From the NCBI GenBank assembly GCA_049324535.1, contig JBMOOG010000020.1, forward strand, positions 287 to 64,286: a DNA stretch of 64,000 nucleotides. Reading direction: 5' to 3'. This document shows positions 18,026 to 28,062 of this stretch, piece by piece; position 1 is the stretch's first letter; the number at the start of each line of letters is the position of its first letter. The position numbers were made by a program, and so were the translations under genes. Below the pieces are notes generated by a model. That model did no database searches, had not been told where the DNA came from, and worked only from the letters and a program-made list of their open reading frames with translations. The DNA is from Pseudomonadota bacterium. GTDB lineage: Bacteria > Pseudomonadota > Alphaproteobacteria > Rhodobacterales > Rhodobacteraceae.

Positions 18026-18373
18026 ATGTCCGACATCCGACGCATCGAGACCGGCGCACGCATGAGCCAGGCAGTCATCCACAACGGCGTGGTCTATCTT
18101 GCCGGTCAGGTCGGCAATCCCGGAGATTCGGTCGCCGACCAGACCCGGACCTGCCTCGCCGAGGTGGACCGCCTGCTGGCGCTGGCCGGCACCGACAAGA
18201 CCCGGATCCTGTCGGCGCAGATCTGGCTGGCCGACATCGGCCGCTTTGCCGAGATGAACGCCGTCTGGGATGCCTGGGTCGCCCCCGGCCACGCGCCCGC
18301 GCGCGCGACCGGCGAATCCGCCCTTGCCGCGCCCGAGTACAAGGTCGAGGTGATCGTGACCGCCGCGCTCTAG
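18026..18373 (+). CDS. RidA/YjgF-family enamine/imine deaminase-like protein
   Basis: MSDIRRIETGARMSQAVIHNGVVYLAGQV...KVEVIVTAAL. GAAGGGAGA SD upstream of ATG 18026. The longer track ORF would overlap tRNA-Gly. Confidence 0.8.
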   Translation: MSDIRRIETGARMSQAVIHNGVVYLAGQVGNPGDSVADQTRTCLAEVDRLLALAGTDKTRILSAQIWLADIGRFAEMNAVWDAWVAPGHAPARATGESALAAPEYKVEVIVTAAL

Positions 18374-19338
18374 AGCGCGGCCACCATCAGGCAGAGGATC
18401 TCGAACATCAGGCTGGCCCCCAGCCAGGCGGTGTTGCCCGAGGGATCGACCGGGGGCGAGACCTCGACCAGATCCGCGCCCACGAGGTTCAGCCCCGCCG
18501 CCGCGCGCAGAAGCGCCAGCGTCTCGCGGGCGTTCGGGCCGCCCCATTCCGGCGTACCGGTGCCCGGCGCCACCGCGGGATCGACGAAATCGATGTCGAA
18601 CGAAAGATAGGCCGGCGCCTCGCCCACGATCGCGCGCGCCTCGTCCATGGTGTCGCCGAAGCCGCGCGCGAACATCTCTTCGGCGGTGACGATCCGGATC
18701 CCGTTCGCGCGGGCGAAATCGCGGTCGGCGTTGTCGTAGGTGGTGCCGCGGATGCCGATCTGGATCATCCGGGCCGGGTCCAGAAGCCCCTCCTCGACCG
18801 CGATGCGGAACGGGTTGCCGTGGGTCAGGGCGTTTCCGCCGAAGTAGGCCGGATAGAGGTCGGTGTGGCTGTCGTAGTGCAGCAGGCCCAGCGGCGCGCC
18901 GCCGCGCGCCTTCACCAGTCCGCGCAGCACCGGCAGCGTGCAGAGATGGTCGCCCCCCGCGCAGAGCGGCCGGATCCCCGCCCGCGTCAGATCGGCGATG
19001 CCGGTCTCGATCCGCGCCAGCGTGTCGTCCATGTCCACCGGGTTCGGCCCGATGTCGCCCATGTCGGCGCAGGCGGCGGCCTCGAAGGGCCGCATCCCGG
19101 TCACCGGATGCTGGGCCCGGATCATCGTCGAGGCATCGCGCAGGGCGCGCGGCGCATGGCGCGGGCCGGGGCGGTTCGAGGTGCCGCCGTCCCAGGGCAG
19201 CCCGACCAGGCCGATCTGAACCTCGGCCGCGCGCGGATCGCCCGGCCGGACGTGGGGAAGCCGCATGAAGGTGGCAATGCCGGCAAAGCGCGGCAACTCC
19301 ATGCCCGAAACCGGGTGAAAGAAGGGGTCGGTGGTCAT
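18370..19338 (-). CDS. Agmatinase-family ureohydrolase (agmatinase/guanidino-acid hydrolase)
   Basis: GGDH, HYDSHTDLY, SFDIDFVDPAVAPGTGTPE (Mn-binding motifs). Start at ATG 19338 inside track ORF 18370..20091. Confidence 0.85.
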   Translation of the reverse strand: MTTDPFFHPVSGMELPRFAGIATFMRLPHVRPGDPRAAEVQIGLVGLPWDGGTSNRPGPRHAPRALRDASTMIRAQHPVTGMRPFEAAACADMGDIGPNPVDMDDTLARIETGIADLTRAGIRPLCAGGDHLCTLPVLRGLVKARGGAPLGLLHYDSHTDLYPAYFGGNALTHGNPFRIAVEEGLLDPARMIQIGIRGTTYDNADRDFARANGIRIVTAEEMFARGFGDTMDEARAIVGEAPAYLSFDIDFVDPAVAPGTGTPEWGGPNARETLALLRAAAGLNLVGADLVEVSPPVDPSGNTAWLGASLMFEILCLMVAAL

Positions 19339-19439
19339 CGCTGTCTCGTGCCGGAACGTCCCAGCTTTGCCCGGACGCGCCGCGGGGGCAAGACCCCGGC
19401 GACGGCTCTCTGAAACGGGATCCGGGCGGACCGGCCCGC

Positions 19440-20039
19440 TCAGGCCTCGAGCTCGGCGTCCCAGTAGAGATAGTCGGCCCAGCTTTCGTGCAGATAGTTC
19501 GGCGGGAAGCGCCGGCCCGCGTTGCGCATCTCTTCGGCGCTCGGTGCGCGCGGCATCCGGCGCAGGGTCAGCCCCGAACTGCGCAGCGACTTGTTGGCCT
19601 TCCGCAGATTGCACGGCGAGCAGGCCGCCACCACGTTTTCCCAGCTCGTCACCCCGCCCCGCGACCGCGGCACCACATGGTCGAAGGTCAGATCGCCCTT
19701 CGATCCGCAGTACTGGCAGCAGAACTCGTCCCTCAGAAAAAGATTGAAGCGCGTGAAGGCCACGCGCTTCTGGGGTTTTACGTAGTCCTTGAGCACCACC
19801 ACCGAGGGGATGCGCATCACCTGCCTCTGGCTTCGGACCACATCGTCGTATTCGGCCAGGATGCTGACCCGGTCCAGGAACACCGCCTTGATCGCCTCCT
19901 GCCAGGGCCAGAGTGACAGCGGATAGTAGGACAGGGGACGGAAATCGGCGTTGAGCACCAGGGCCGGGTAATTCCGCCGCGCGGAAGGCTCGCGAACGAA
20001 CTGCGTCCTGAATTCGGTATCCAGACTGTGGTCGAGCAT
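19440..20039 (-). CDS. HNH endonuclease-domain protein
   Basis: CQYCG...LTFDHVVPRSRGG...WENVVAACSPCNLRK (HNH with Zn-finger cysteines). Confidence 0.8.
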   Translation of the reverse strand: MLDHSLDTEFRTQFVREPSARRNYPALVLNADFRPLSYYPLSLWPWQEAIKAVFLDRVSILAEYDDVVRSQRQVMRIPSVVVLKDYVKPQKRVAFTRFNLFLRDEFCCQYCGSKGDLTFDHVVPRSRGGVTSWENVVAACSPCNLRKANKSLRSSGLTLRRMPRAPSAEEMRNAGRRFPPNYLHESWADYLYWDAELEA

Positions 20040-20174
20040 GCACGCCCCTTGTCGTCCCGGGGGCGGGAGCCACCGCCCCGATTGTCCACAACTATATCTG
20101 GCGGCTTTTCGCTGACAAGCCCCGCTATCTGCGATAGGCTGCTATCGCAGAAACGTGACGCCAGGGTGACAGGC

Positions 20175-20609
20175 ATGGCGGCGGACAGGCCGGGCAACGC
20201 GGCGCCTCCGGTCGAGGGCACGCTCGAATCGGCGCTCTACACAACCGATCTTGCCGCGGCCGAGGCCTTCTATCACGGGATCCTCGGGCTTGCGGTGATC
20301 GCCCGGGTTCCAGGCCGCCACGTCTTCTTCCGGGTCGGCGAGTCGGTGCTGCTGCTCTTTGATCCGCGGGCCACGGCCCGCCCGCCGCGGCCGGGCGGCC
20401 TGCCGGTGCCCCCGCACGGCGCGACGGGTCCGGGCCACTACTGCCTGCGCGTCGCGGCCCGGTCGCTCGACGACTGGCGCGCGCATCTCGACGCCTGCGG
20501 CACGCCGGTCGAGGCGGATTTCCTGTGGCCCAACGGGGCGCGCTCGCTGTATCTGCGGGATCCGGCCGGAAACTCGATCGAACTGTCGGAGGCCCGGCTC
20601 TGGGAATGA
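20175..20609 (+). CDS. VOC/glyoxalase-family protein
   Basis: LESALYTTDLAAAEAFYHGILGL...HYCLRV...LYLRDPAGNSIEL. Start at ATG 20175. Confidence 0.75.
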   Translation: MAADRPGNAAPPVEGTLESALYTTDLAAAEAFYHGILGLAVIARVPGRHVFFRVGESVLLLFDPRATARPPRPGGLPVPPHGATGPGHYCLRVAARSLDDWRAHLDACGTPVEADFLWPNGARSLYLRDPAGNSIELSEARLWE

Positions 20610-20611
20610 GG

Positions 20612-20716
20612 TCAGCGACGGCGGGAGCCGGACGTCGCGGCGACGCGCGCCGGCTCCGGCCTCGGAAGGACGGCCAGACCCAGCGCGGCAAGCACGGCAG
20701 CCAGAGCAATGGTCAT
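20612..20716 (-). CDS. Candidate 34-aa hydrophobic peptide (not in ORF track)
   Basis: Own translation: MTIALAAVLAALGLAVLPRPEPARVAATSGSRRR. GGAGG lies 7 nt upstream of ATG 20716. Confidence 0.3.
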   Translation of the reverse strand: MTIALAAVLAALGLAVLPRPEPARVAATSGSRRR

Positions 20717-20821
20717 CGGCGATCCTCCGTCATCCTTCTGACACAGAGGTTAAGGCGCGTCCGGCGGCTTTCAAGCCCTTTCTGCTCACAGAGGCGCGAG
20801 AAGCCGGACAATGGGCCGACT

Positions 20822-21481
20822 TCAGCCCAGTTTGTCGCGCAGGAAGGCCAGAGCCACCGACAGGCCATCCGGCGCGATGCCATGGCCGGTGCCCTTCATC
20901 ACATGGGCATAGGTCTCGAATCCCGCCGCGACCAGCGCCTGGCCGGCGCGATCCATGTCGCCGAAGGGCACCACCGGGTCGGCATCGCCGTGGATCAGCA
21001 GGACCGGCGGCTTCGACCGCGAATCACGCATGAGCGCCTCGGGCCGCAGAAGCCGGCCCGAAAAGGCCACCACCGCCGCCACCGGTTCCGGCCGGCGGGG
21101 CGCGACCTCGAGGGCCATCATCGTGCCCTGCGAGAACCCGAAGAGCGCCAGCCGGTCGGCTGCGAGGCCCGTCTCGGCCAGACGCGCGTCGAGAAAGGCG
21201 TCGAGATCGGCGGCGGCGCGGGCAAGCCCGCGGGCCGCCTCCTCCTCGCTCGACCCGTCGAGCCAGGGGATCGGGAACCACTGCCGGCCGAAGGGATTGC
21301 CCGCACAGGGTTCGGGCGCATCGGGAGCGACGAACAGCGTGTCGGGAAGATGCGGCGCCAGCGGGTCGGCCAGCCCCAGAAGATCGGCCCCGTCGGCGCC
21401 GTAGCCGTGCAGGAACACCACCAGCGACCGGGTCTGCCCCGATTGCGGGCCACGCTCGGCAAAGTCCAGCTTCCGGGTCAC
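20822..21481 (-). CDS. Phospholipase/carboxylesterase-family alpha/beta hydrolase
   Basis: VVFLHGYGADG, GFSQGTMMAL (GxSxG), LLIHGDADPVVP. GTG start at 21481 overlaps the upstream stop (GTGA). Confidence 0.8.
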   Translation of the reverse strand: MTRKLDFAERGPQSGQTRSLVVFLHGYGADGADLLGLADPLAPHLPDTLFVAPDAPEPCAGNPFGRQWFPIPWLDGSSEEEAARGLARAAADLDAFLDARLAETGLAADRLALFGFSQGTMMALEVAPRRPEPVAAVVAFSGRLLRPEALMRDSRSKPPVLLIHGDADPVVPFGDMDRAGQALVAAGFETYAHVMKGTGHGIAPDGLSVALAFLRDKLG

Positions 21482-22107
21482 GGCACGCCCTCCTGCGATT
21501 TCGCCAGCCGGTAGTAGGCCCAGAGCGCGCGCGCCGCAACCGCCCGCCACGGCCGCCACGCCTCGGCCAGCGCGCGCAACTCGGCCTCGCGCGGGCGCTC
21601 GGGCCGGTCCCAGACCATCCGGGCGGCCTCTTGCAGGGCAAGGTCGCCCGCGGCGAAGACATCCGCCCGCCCCTCGGCGAACATCAGATAGATCTCGGCC
21701 GTCCAGCGTCCGATCCCCGGCAGCGCCACCAGCGCCGCCACCGCCCGATCCTCGGGCATCCGCCCTATCGCGTCGAAGTCCGGCCCGGCCTCGGCCAGGG
21801 CGCGCAGGCAGCGGATCTTTGGCCGCGACAGTCCGCAGCCGCGCAGCGCCTCGTCGGGGGCGGCCCCGAGGGCCCCCGGCCGGTCGAGCCCCGCCGCGCG
21901 CAGCCGCGCGAGGATCGCGCGGGCCGAGGCGGTCGACACCTGCTGGCCGACGATCGCATCGACCAGAGCCGGAAAGCCCGCGGGCACGCGCCGCAACGGC
22001 AGCGGCCCGCAGGCGGCGATCACCGACGCCAGCCGCGGATCGCGCGCGGCAAGCCAGTCCGCGCCCTCGGCCAGATCCTCCGGCCCGCTGATGATGCGCC
22101 CGTCCAT
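21478..22107 (-). CDS. DNA-3-methyladenine glycosylase II-like (HhH-GPD superfamily)
   Basis: VSTASARAI, LVALPGIGRWTAEIYLMF, AGDLAL (HhH-GPD with catalytic Asp). Confidence 0.8.
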   Translation of the reverse strand: MDGRIISGPEDLAEGADWLAARDPRLASVIAACGPLPLRRVPAGFPALVDAIVGQQVSTASARAILARLRAAGLDRPGALGAAPDEALRGCGLSRPKIRCLRALAEAGPDFDAIGRMPEDRAVAALVALPGIGRWTAEIYLMFAEGRADVFAAGDLALQEAARMVWDRPERPREAELRALAEAWRPWRAVAARALWAYYRLAKSQEGVP

Positions 22108-22187
22108 CCGCCTCTCCTAGCGCGAACCGCCGCCGTGCGACAGGGTTGGCTCTGGACGTCACCGCCGGGGACCGTTAGCGAGGGCGC

Positions 22188-23420
22188 ATGACAGACCTTC
22201 CGGCAGCCCCGACGACCGACAGCCGCGGCGACGCGCGCGCCTGGCGCAACGTCATCGTGCTCGTCATCGCGCAGGCGGTGCTCGGGGCGCAGATGTCGAT
22301 GATCTTCACCGTGGGCGGGCTGGCCGGGCAGATGATCGCGCCCAACCCCTGCTGGTCCACCCTGCCCCTGTCGATGATCGTGCTCGGCTCGGTGCTGGCG
22401 GCCCGGCCGATGTCGGGGCTGATGCAACGCCACGGGCGCCGCGCGGGCTTTCTGGTCGGCACGGCGGGCGGTGCCATCGGCGCGCTCCTCGTGGCGCGGG
22501 CGATCTATGTCCAGTCCTTCCCGCTGATGCTCCTCGGGTCGGTCTTCACCGGGCTCTACATGTCGGCGCAGGGCTTCTACCGTTTTGCCGCGACCGACAC
22601 CGCCTCGATCGGCTTCCAGCCGAAGGCGATTTCCTACGTCATGGCGGGGGGCCTCGCCGCGGCGATCATCGGCCCGCAGCTGGTCAAGCTCACCGCCGAG
22701 TGGTTCGTGATCCCCTTCCTCGGCACCTACCTGGCCGTCGCGGCGCTCAACCTCGTCGGGCCGGCGCTCTTCGCCTTTCTCGACATCCCGCCGGTTCCGC
22801 ACCATGAACGCGGCACCTACGACGGGCGCAGCACGGGCGCGATGCTGCGCGATCCGGTGATCGCGGTGGCGATGATCTGCGCGATGGTCTCCTACGCGCT
22901 GATGAACCTCGTCATGACCTCGACGCCGCTGGCGGTCGTCGGCTGCGGGCATGGCACCTCCGACGCGGCCAACATCGTCTCGGCGCATGTGCTGGCGATG
23001 TATGTGCCCTCGTTCTTTACCGGCGCGCTGATCGCGCGCTTCGGACGCGAAGCCATCGTCGGGCTCGGCCTGATCATCCTGGCCGGATCCGGCATGGTGG
23101 CGATGACCGGCGTCGAACTCGAGAAGTTCTACATCGCGCTGATCCTCCTCGGCGTCGGATGGAACTTCGGCTTCATCGGCGCGACGGCGATGCTGGCCTC
23201 GGCGCATTCCGCCGAAGAGCGCGGGCGCCTTCAGGGCGTGAACGATCTGGTGGTCTTCGGCGGCGTGTTCCTGGCCTCGCTCTCGTCGGGCGGCCTGATG
23301 AACTGCTCGGGCACCTCGACGGTCGCCGGCTGGCAGGCGGTGAACCTGGCGATGGTGCCGTTCCTCGTCCTCGCCGGCGGGTCGCTGATCTGGCTGGTGA
23401 TGCGGCCCCGCCGTATCTGA
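22188..23420 (+). CDS. MFS transporter
   Basis: A 410-aa polytopic membrane protein with about 12 hydrophobic segments. MFS-like loop RHGRRAGF between TM2 and TM3. Confidence 0.8.
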   Translation: MTDLPAAPTTDSRGDARAWRNVIVLVIAQAVLGAQMSMIFTVGGLAGQMIAPNPCWSTLPLSMIVLGSVLAARPMSGLMQRHGRRAGFLVGTAGGAIGALLVARAIYVQSFPLMLLGSVFTGLYMSAQGFYRFAATDTASIGFQPKAISYVMAGGLAAAIIGPQLVKLTAEWFVIPFLGTYLAVAALNLVGPALFAFLDIPPVPHHERGTYDGRSTGAMLRDPVIAVAMICAMVSYALMNLVMTSTPLAVVGCGHGTSDAANIVSAHVLAMYVPSFFTGALIARFGREAIVGLGLIILAGSGMVAMTGVELEKFYIALILLGVGWNFGFIGATAMLASAHSAEERGRLQGVNDLVVFGGVFLASLSSGGLMNCSGTSTVAGWQAVNLAMVPFLVLAGGSLIWLVMRPRRI

Positions 23421-23453
23421 CCCCGCCGGGTCTCACTCCGCCGGGTCCGGCCC

Positions 23454-23882
23454 TCAGCCGGCCGCGGCCTCGGCGGCCAGCGCCCGGATCCGCCCGACCA
23501 TCGCGCGCACCCCGTTCGACCGCTGCGCCGACAGGTGCCTGTCGAGCCCGAGCCGCCCCAGCTCCGCCACCGCGTCCACCCCGGCCACCTCGGCCACCGA
23601 AAGCCCCGCGTAGAGCGCGTGCAGAACCGCGACCAGCCCGCGCACGATCAGGGCGTCGCTGTCGCCCTGGAAGTCGAACCGCGCCCCCGGCCCCGTTCCG
23701 GTGATGCGCGGCACCATCCAGACCTGGCTCGCACAGCCCTCGACCTTCGTGGCCGGCGTGTGCAGGGCCGGATCCATCGCCGGCATGGCCTTGCCCAGCT
23801 CGATCACGTGGCGATAGCGATCCTCCCAGTCGTCGAGAAAGGCGAAGGTCTCGGCAATGTCTTCGAAGGCGGGCGTGGCCAT
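23454..23882 (-). CDS. sufE: Cysteine desulfuration protein SufE
   Basis: FAFLDDWEDRYRHVIELGK...KVEGCASQVW...GDSDALIVRGL. Confidence 0.88.
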   Translation of the reverse strand: MATPAFEDIAETFAFLDDWEDRYRHVIELGKAMPAMDPALHTPATKVEGCASQVWMVPRITGTGPGARFDFQGDSDALIVRGLVAVLHALYAGLSVAEVAGVDAVAELGRLGLDRHLSAQRSNGVRAMVGRIRALAAEAAAG

Positions 23883-24017
23883 CCGGGTCTCCTTGGTGAT
23901 GGTGCGGATGTAGGCCGCACCGCGCCCGAGGTCCAGCCGCGCCGTCCGGCCGCGACCACTTTTCAGCGGCCTCGGGATCGGCTACCCAAGGGCAGGCCGT
24001 AGCGCAGGAGCCCCGCG

Positions 24018-24482
24018 ATGAAGACCCCGATCACCGTTGCCCTCGTCGCGACCCTGGCGCTTGCGGGCTGCGGGGGCTTCCGGGAAAGCCGGCTCAACCC
24101 CTTCAACTGGTTCAAGTCGCAGCGCTCCGGCCCTCCGGCCGACGACCTGCTTGCGGCCAACACCGATCCCCGGCCGCTCGTCGCCCAGGTGACCCGGCTC
24201 GAGGTGCGCCCGACACCCACCGGCGCGATCGTGGCGGCCGCCGGCCTGCCGCCGACACAGGGCTGGTGGGACGCCGAGCTCGTGCCCGAGAATGACGGCA
24301 AGCCGGTCGACGGCGTCCTGACCTACCGCTTCGTCGTGAAGCCGCCGCCCTATCGGGCCCGCGTCTCGACCCCGCAGTCGCGCGAGCTGACCGCCGGCGC
24401 GGCCCTGTCCAACATCGCGCTGCGCGACGTGCGGCGCATCGTGGTCGCGGGCGCGGCGAACAGCCTGTCGTCCAGCCGCTGA
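24018..24482 (+). CDS. Lipoprotein of unknown function
   Basis: Signal peptide with lipobox LALAGC at residues 13-18. Normal composition. Confidence 0.7.
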   Translation: MKTPITVALVATLALAGCGGFRESRLNPFNWFKSQRSGPPADDLLAANTDPRPLVAQVTRLEVRPTPTGAIVAAAGLPPTQGWWDAELVPENDGKPVDGVLTYRFVVKPPPYRARVSTPQSRELTAGAALSNIALRDVRRIVVAGAANSLSSSR

Positions 24483-24503
24483 CCGGGCCGGCGCGCGGCG
24501 CGT

Positions 24504-25658
24504 TCAGACCTCGACGATGCGGACCGCGCCACCCTGCGCCGACAGGGCGATCTGGCCGCGGCAGAGGCGCAGGGCATCCGCCCCGAACACCTCGTGACGC
24601 CATCCGTGCAGGGCCGCGATGTCGCGCCGTCCGGCGGCCAGCGCATCCAGATCGGCGCTCGACGCAACCAGCTTCTGCGCGACGCCCGACTGTTCGCACT
24701 TGGCCTTGAGCAGCACCCGCAGAAGATCGGCGAGGGCCGAATCCACCTGCAGCTGGTCCCGCTCGTCGGCGACCTTCGGGAAATCCTCGGGCCGGGTTTC
24801 GAGACCGGCCCGGACCGCCGCGAGAATCCCTTCGGAAATCTCGGGCTTGCGCCCCTCGCGCAGCAGAAGCCGCGACCGGCCCAGCTCTTCGATGGTGGCC
24901 GGCCGCGTCGAGGCCAGCTCCAGAAGCGCGTCGTCCTTGAACACGCGCGACCGCGGCACGTTGCGCGACTGCGCGTAGTCCTCGCGGAACCGGGCGAGTT
25001 CGCGCACCACGGCCAGGAACCGTCCCGAGGTGGTGCGGGTCTTGACCCGCTGCCAGGCCTCGTCGGGGCGGGTGATGTAGGTCTCGGGATCGAGGAGAAC
25101 CGCCTCCTCCTCCTCCACCCATTTCGCGCGGCCCGTCCGCTCGAGCTCGCGCGCGAGGAATTCGTAGATGACCCGCAGGTGGGTCACATCCGCCAGCGCA
25201 TAGACCTTTTGCGCATCCGACAGCGGACGGCGCGACCAGTCGGTGAAGCGCGAGGTCTTGTCGAGGCTTTCGCGCGCGATCTTGCGCACCAGCGTCTCGT
25301 AGCTCACCTGCTCGCCGAAGCCGCAGACCATGGCTGCGATCTGGGTGTCGAAGAGCGGCTCGGGAAAGACCTTGCCCTCGACGAAGAAGATCTCAAGATC
25401 CTGCCGCGCGGCGTGAAACACCTTCACCGTGTCGCGATGGCGGAAGAGGTCGTAGAGCGGCTCGAGCGACAGGTCCGCAACCAGAGGATCGACCAGCACG
25501 GCCTCGCCGTCATCCCCAGGCAGCGCCATCTGGATCAGGCAGAGCTTGGAATAGTAGGTCCGCTCGCGGAGGAACTCGGTGTCGATCGTGACGTAGGGCC
25601 GGGTCTTGGCGGTGGCGCAGAAGGCGGCAAGGCCCTCGGTGGTGGTGATGGTGATCAT
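24504..25658 (-). CDS. rnd: Ribonuclease D
   Basis: VTIDTEF (DEDD exonuclease motif I), KVFHAARQDLE, YALADVTHL, plus the HRDC region. Confidence 0.9.
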   Translation of the reverse strand: MITITTTEGLAAFCATAKTRPYVTIDTEFLRERTYYSKLCLIQMALPGDDGEAVLVDPLVADLSLEPLYDLFRHRDTVKVFHAARQDLEIFFVEGKVFPEPLFDTQIAAMVCGFGEQVSYETLVRKIARESLDKTSRFTDWSRRPLSDAQKVYALADVTHLRVIYEFLARELERTGRAKWVEEEEAVLLDPETYITRPDEAWQRVKTRTTSGRFLAVVRELARFREDYAQSRNVPRSRVFKDDALLELASTRPATIEELGRSRLLLREGRKPEISEGILAAVRAGLETRPEDFPKVADERDQLQVDSALADLLRVLLKAKCEQSGVAQKLVASSADLDALAAGRRDIAALHGWRHEVFGADALRLCRGQIALSAQGGAVRIVEV

Positions 25659-25757
25659 GCGTCTCTTTCGCGCGGGGTCATCCCGCAGGGGGGCATGGCG
25701 CCCCTCTTAGGCCAGGCCTCGCGGAAAGGAAAGATCGGGCGGCAGGGCTTTCGTCCG

Positions 25758-26366
25758 TCAGGCACCGGCCGGCAGCAGCAGCGGCTCGCGGCAGCCCTCG
25801 GCAAAGCGCCGCAGCACCGCCGGATAGAGCCGGTGTTCGGCCACCAGCACCCGCGCCGCCAGCGTCTCGGGCGTGTCGTCGGGCCGCACCGGCACCCGCG
25901 CCTGCCCGAGGATCGGACCTGCGTCAAGCTCCGCCGTCACCAGATGCACGCTGCATCCCGCCTCGGCGTCGCCGGCGGCCAGCGCGCGGGCGTGGGTGTG
26001 CAGGCCCGGATACTTCGGCAGGAGCGAGGGGTGGATGTTCAGCATCCGGCCCTCGAACCGGGCGACGAACGCGGGCGTCAGAACCCGCATGAAGCCGGCA
26101 AGGCACAGGATGTCGGGTTCGGCGGCGAGGATCGGCTTCAGAAGCTCGGCCTCGAAGGCCGCCCGGTCGGCCCCGAAGGCGCGGTGATCGACGGCGGCCA
26201 CCGGAAGGCCGCGGTCGCGCGCGCGTGCAAGCCCCGCGGCCGCCGGATCGTTCGACGCGACCAGCACCGGGCGCGCCGGGTGGTCACCGGTCATGCTGTC
26301 CACCAGCGCCAGCATGTTCGAGCCGCCCCCCGAGATCAGGATGGCGACGCGCTTGTGGGCACTCAC
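25758..26366 (-). CDS. purN: Phosphoribosylglycinamide formyltransferase
   Basis: [37 protein letters not shown] start at 26366 overlaps the purM stop (GTGA). Confidence 0.9.
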   Translation of the reverse strand: MSAHKRVAILISGGGSNMLALVDSMTGDHPARPVLVASNDPAAAGLARARDRGLPVAAVDHRAFGADRAAFEAELLKPILAAEPDILCLAGFMRVLTPAFVARFEGRMLNIHPSLLPKYPGLHTHARALAAGDAEAGCSVHLVTAELDAGPILGQARVPVRPDDTPETLAARVLVAEHRLYPAVLRRFAEGCREPLLLPAGA

Positions 26367-27415
26367 AGCAGGTGGCCCTCGTAGCGCACGCCCTGCCCCG
26401 CGCAGACGCGGCCGATCGCGTGCACCGTCTCGCCCGCCTCGGACAGAAGCCGGGTCAGCGCCTCGGCCCGATCCGCGGCGACGACAAGGATCATGCCGAT
26501 GCCGGCGTTGAAGGTCTTGAGAAGCTCGGCCTCGGCCAGCCCGCCCTCGCGCGCCAGCCAGCGGAAGACCGGCGGCAGGTCCCAGGCCGACAGCGCGACC
26601 TCGGCGCCCAGCCCCTCGGGCAGGACGCGCGGCAGGTTCTCGGTGATGCCGCCGCCGGTGATGTGGGCCAGCGCGTGCACACCCCCCGACCGGATCGCGG
26701 CCAGCGCCGGCTTCACGTAAAGCCGCGTCGGCACCAGAAGGGCCGCGCCGAGGGGCCCGTCCGCGAAGGGCGCCGGCGCGTCCCAGCCCAGTCCCGCCCG
26801 CTCGGCCACCTTGCGCACCAGGCTGTAGCCGTTCGAATGCACACCGTCGGAGGCCAGGCCAAGCAGCACGTCCCCCTCGACGACGCCCCGGGGAAGGTCG
26901 CCCCCCCGCTCCATCGCGCCGACCGCGAACCCGGCAAGGTCGAAATCGTCGCCGTGATACATGCCGGGCATCTCGGCCGTCTCGCCGCCCACGAGCGCAC
27001 AACCGGATTCGGCGCAGCCCCGCGCAATGCCGGCGATGATCCGCGCCGCCTGCCCCACGTCGAGGCGGCCGGTGGCGAAGTAGTCGAGGAAGAGAAGCGG
27101 CTCGGCCCCCTGGCAGACCAGGTCGTTGACGCACATCGCCACCAGATCGATCCCGATCGTGTCGAGCGCGCCGGTGTCGATGGCGATGCGCAGCTTGGTG
27201 CCGACCCCGTCGGTTGCCGCCACCAGGATCGGATCGCGATACCCCGCGGCCCTGAGGTCGAAGAGCGCCCCGAACCCGCCGAGCCCCGCGACCGTTCCCG
27301 GGCGTTCCGTCGACCGCGCCGCCGGCTTGATGCGCTCGACCAGGGCATTGCCCGCGTCGATGTCCACGCCCGCCTCGGCGTAGCTGAGCCCCTGCCGCTT
27401 GCCATCCTGAGCCAT
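26363..27415 (-). CDS. purM: Phosphoribosylformylglycinamidine cyclo-ligase
   Basis: [26 protein letters not shown]. The start is ATG 27415 or 27424. Confidence 0.92.
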   Translation of the reverse strand: MAQDGKRQGLSYAEAGVDIDAGNALVERIKPAARSTERPGTVAGLGGFGALFDLRAAGYRDPILVAATDGVGTKLRIAIDTGALDTIGIDLVAMCVNDLVCQGAEPLLFLDYFATGRLDVGQAARIIAGIARGCAESGCALVGGETAEMPGMYHGDDFDLAGFAVGAMERGGDLPRGVVEGDVLLGLASDGVHSNGYSLVRKVAERAGLGWDAPAPFADGPLGAALLVPTRLYVKPALAAIRSGGVHALAHITGGGITENLPRVLPEGLGAEVALSAWDLPPVFRWLAREGGLAEAELLKTFNAGIGMILVVAADRAEALTRLLSEAGETVHAIGRVCAGQGVRYEGHLL

Positions 27416-27496
27416 GTGCCTCATCCCCGCTGCCGCCGATGGCGCGCGGCATACAGGATTAGCCCTGTCGCCACAACGCGCCTTCGCGCAGCCGGT

Positions 27497-27697
27497 TCAG
27501 CACTGCCCGCCGTGGTCGTTCTCCGCCACCGCCGCCGGGACGGCCTGTACGGCCTGCGGGTTGGCACCCGGACGCTTCATCTGCTTCAACTCGAACTCCT
27601 CGGTGGTGACATCCCCGAAGGCAATGTCGCAACCCGCGACCGACAGGGCCATCAGCGCTGCCGCAAGAACCCGTGCCACACCCACATGCCGGCTCAT
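27497..27697 (-). CDS. Small lipoprotein (about 66 aa)
   Basis: MSRHVGVARVLAAALMALSVAGC (lipobox). GGAGGAGAG SD upstream of ATG 27697. Confidence 0.55.
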   Translation of the reverse strand: MSRHVGVARVLAAALMALSVAGCDIAFGDVTTEEFELKQMKRPGANPQAVQAVPAAVAENDHGGQC

Positions 27698-27873
27698 CGT
27701 GCGTCTCTCCTCCGCCTTGGCCGCGGCCGCCGTCCCGCCGGGCTGCAACCAGGCTGATCGCGGCCCCAGCCGTCGCCTTCATGGCGATCAAACCCCTGTC
27801 CGGAAACCGAAATTCCCGACCCCTGCGCACAACGGCCGGGCCGGGCCGGCGCCGGGCCGCCCGGACCCGAGCC

Positions 27874-27902
27874 TTGACCGTCGGGCGGTTCCTGCCTATG
27901 GC
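27874..27902 (+). promoter_or_regulatory. Candidate sigma70-type promoter TTGACC-N17-TATGGC for the CAU tRNA
   Basis: The -35 hexamer is at 27874-27879 and the -10 at 27897-27902. The tRNA 5' end is at 27917. Confidence 0.4.
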
Positions 27903-27916
27903 TGGGCACGCCCTCC

Positions 27917-27992
27917 GGGCCCGTAGCTCAATGGTCAGAGCAGGGCGCTCATAACGCCTTGGTTGGGGGTTCAAGTCCCTCCGGGCCTACCA
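27917..27992 (+). tRNA. tRNA with CAU anticodon (Met by anticodon; the overall sequence looks more like lysidine-modified tRNA-Ile2)
   Basis: Manual cloverleaf: acceptor GGGCCCG/CGGGCCT, anticodon loop CTCATAA, T loop TTCAAGT, CCA encoded. It is not initiator-like: no C1:A72 mismatch and no 3 x GC anticodon stem. Confidence 0.85.
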
Positions 27993-28062
27993 CTCTCCCT
28001 CGCGTCGTCACGCTTTATCAACCGATCGCCCCCAGTCTGGTCGCGGGACAGGGAGTGACGCC

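Noticed and set aside
19440-20039. HNH endonuclease as part of a defence or homing system.
   Set aside because: The gene stands alone between housekeeping-type genes. It has no methylase, intein or intron, no partner ATPase and no mobile-element signature.
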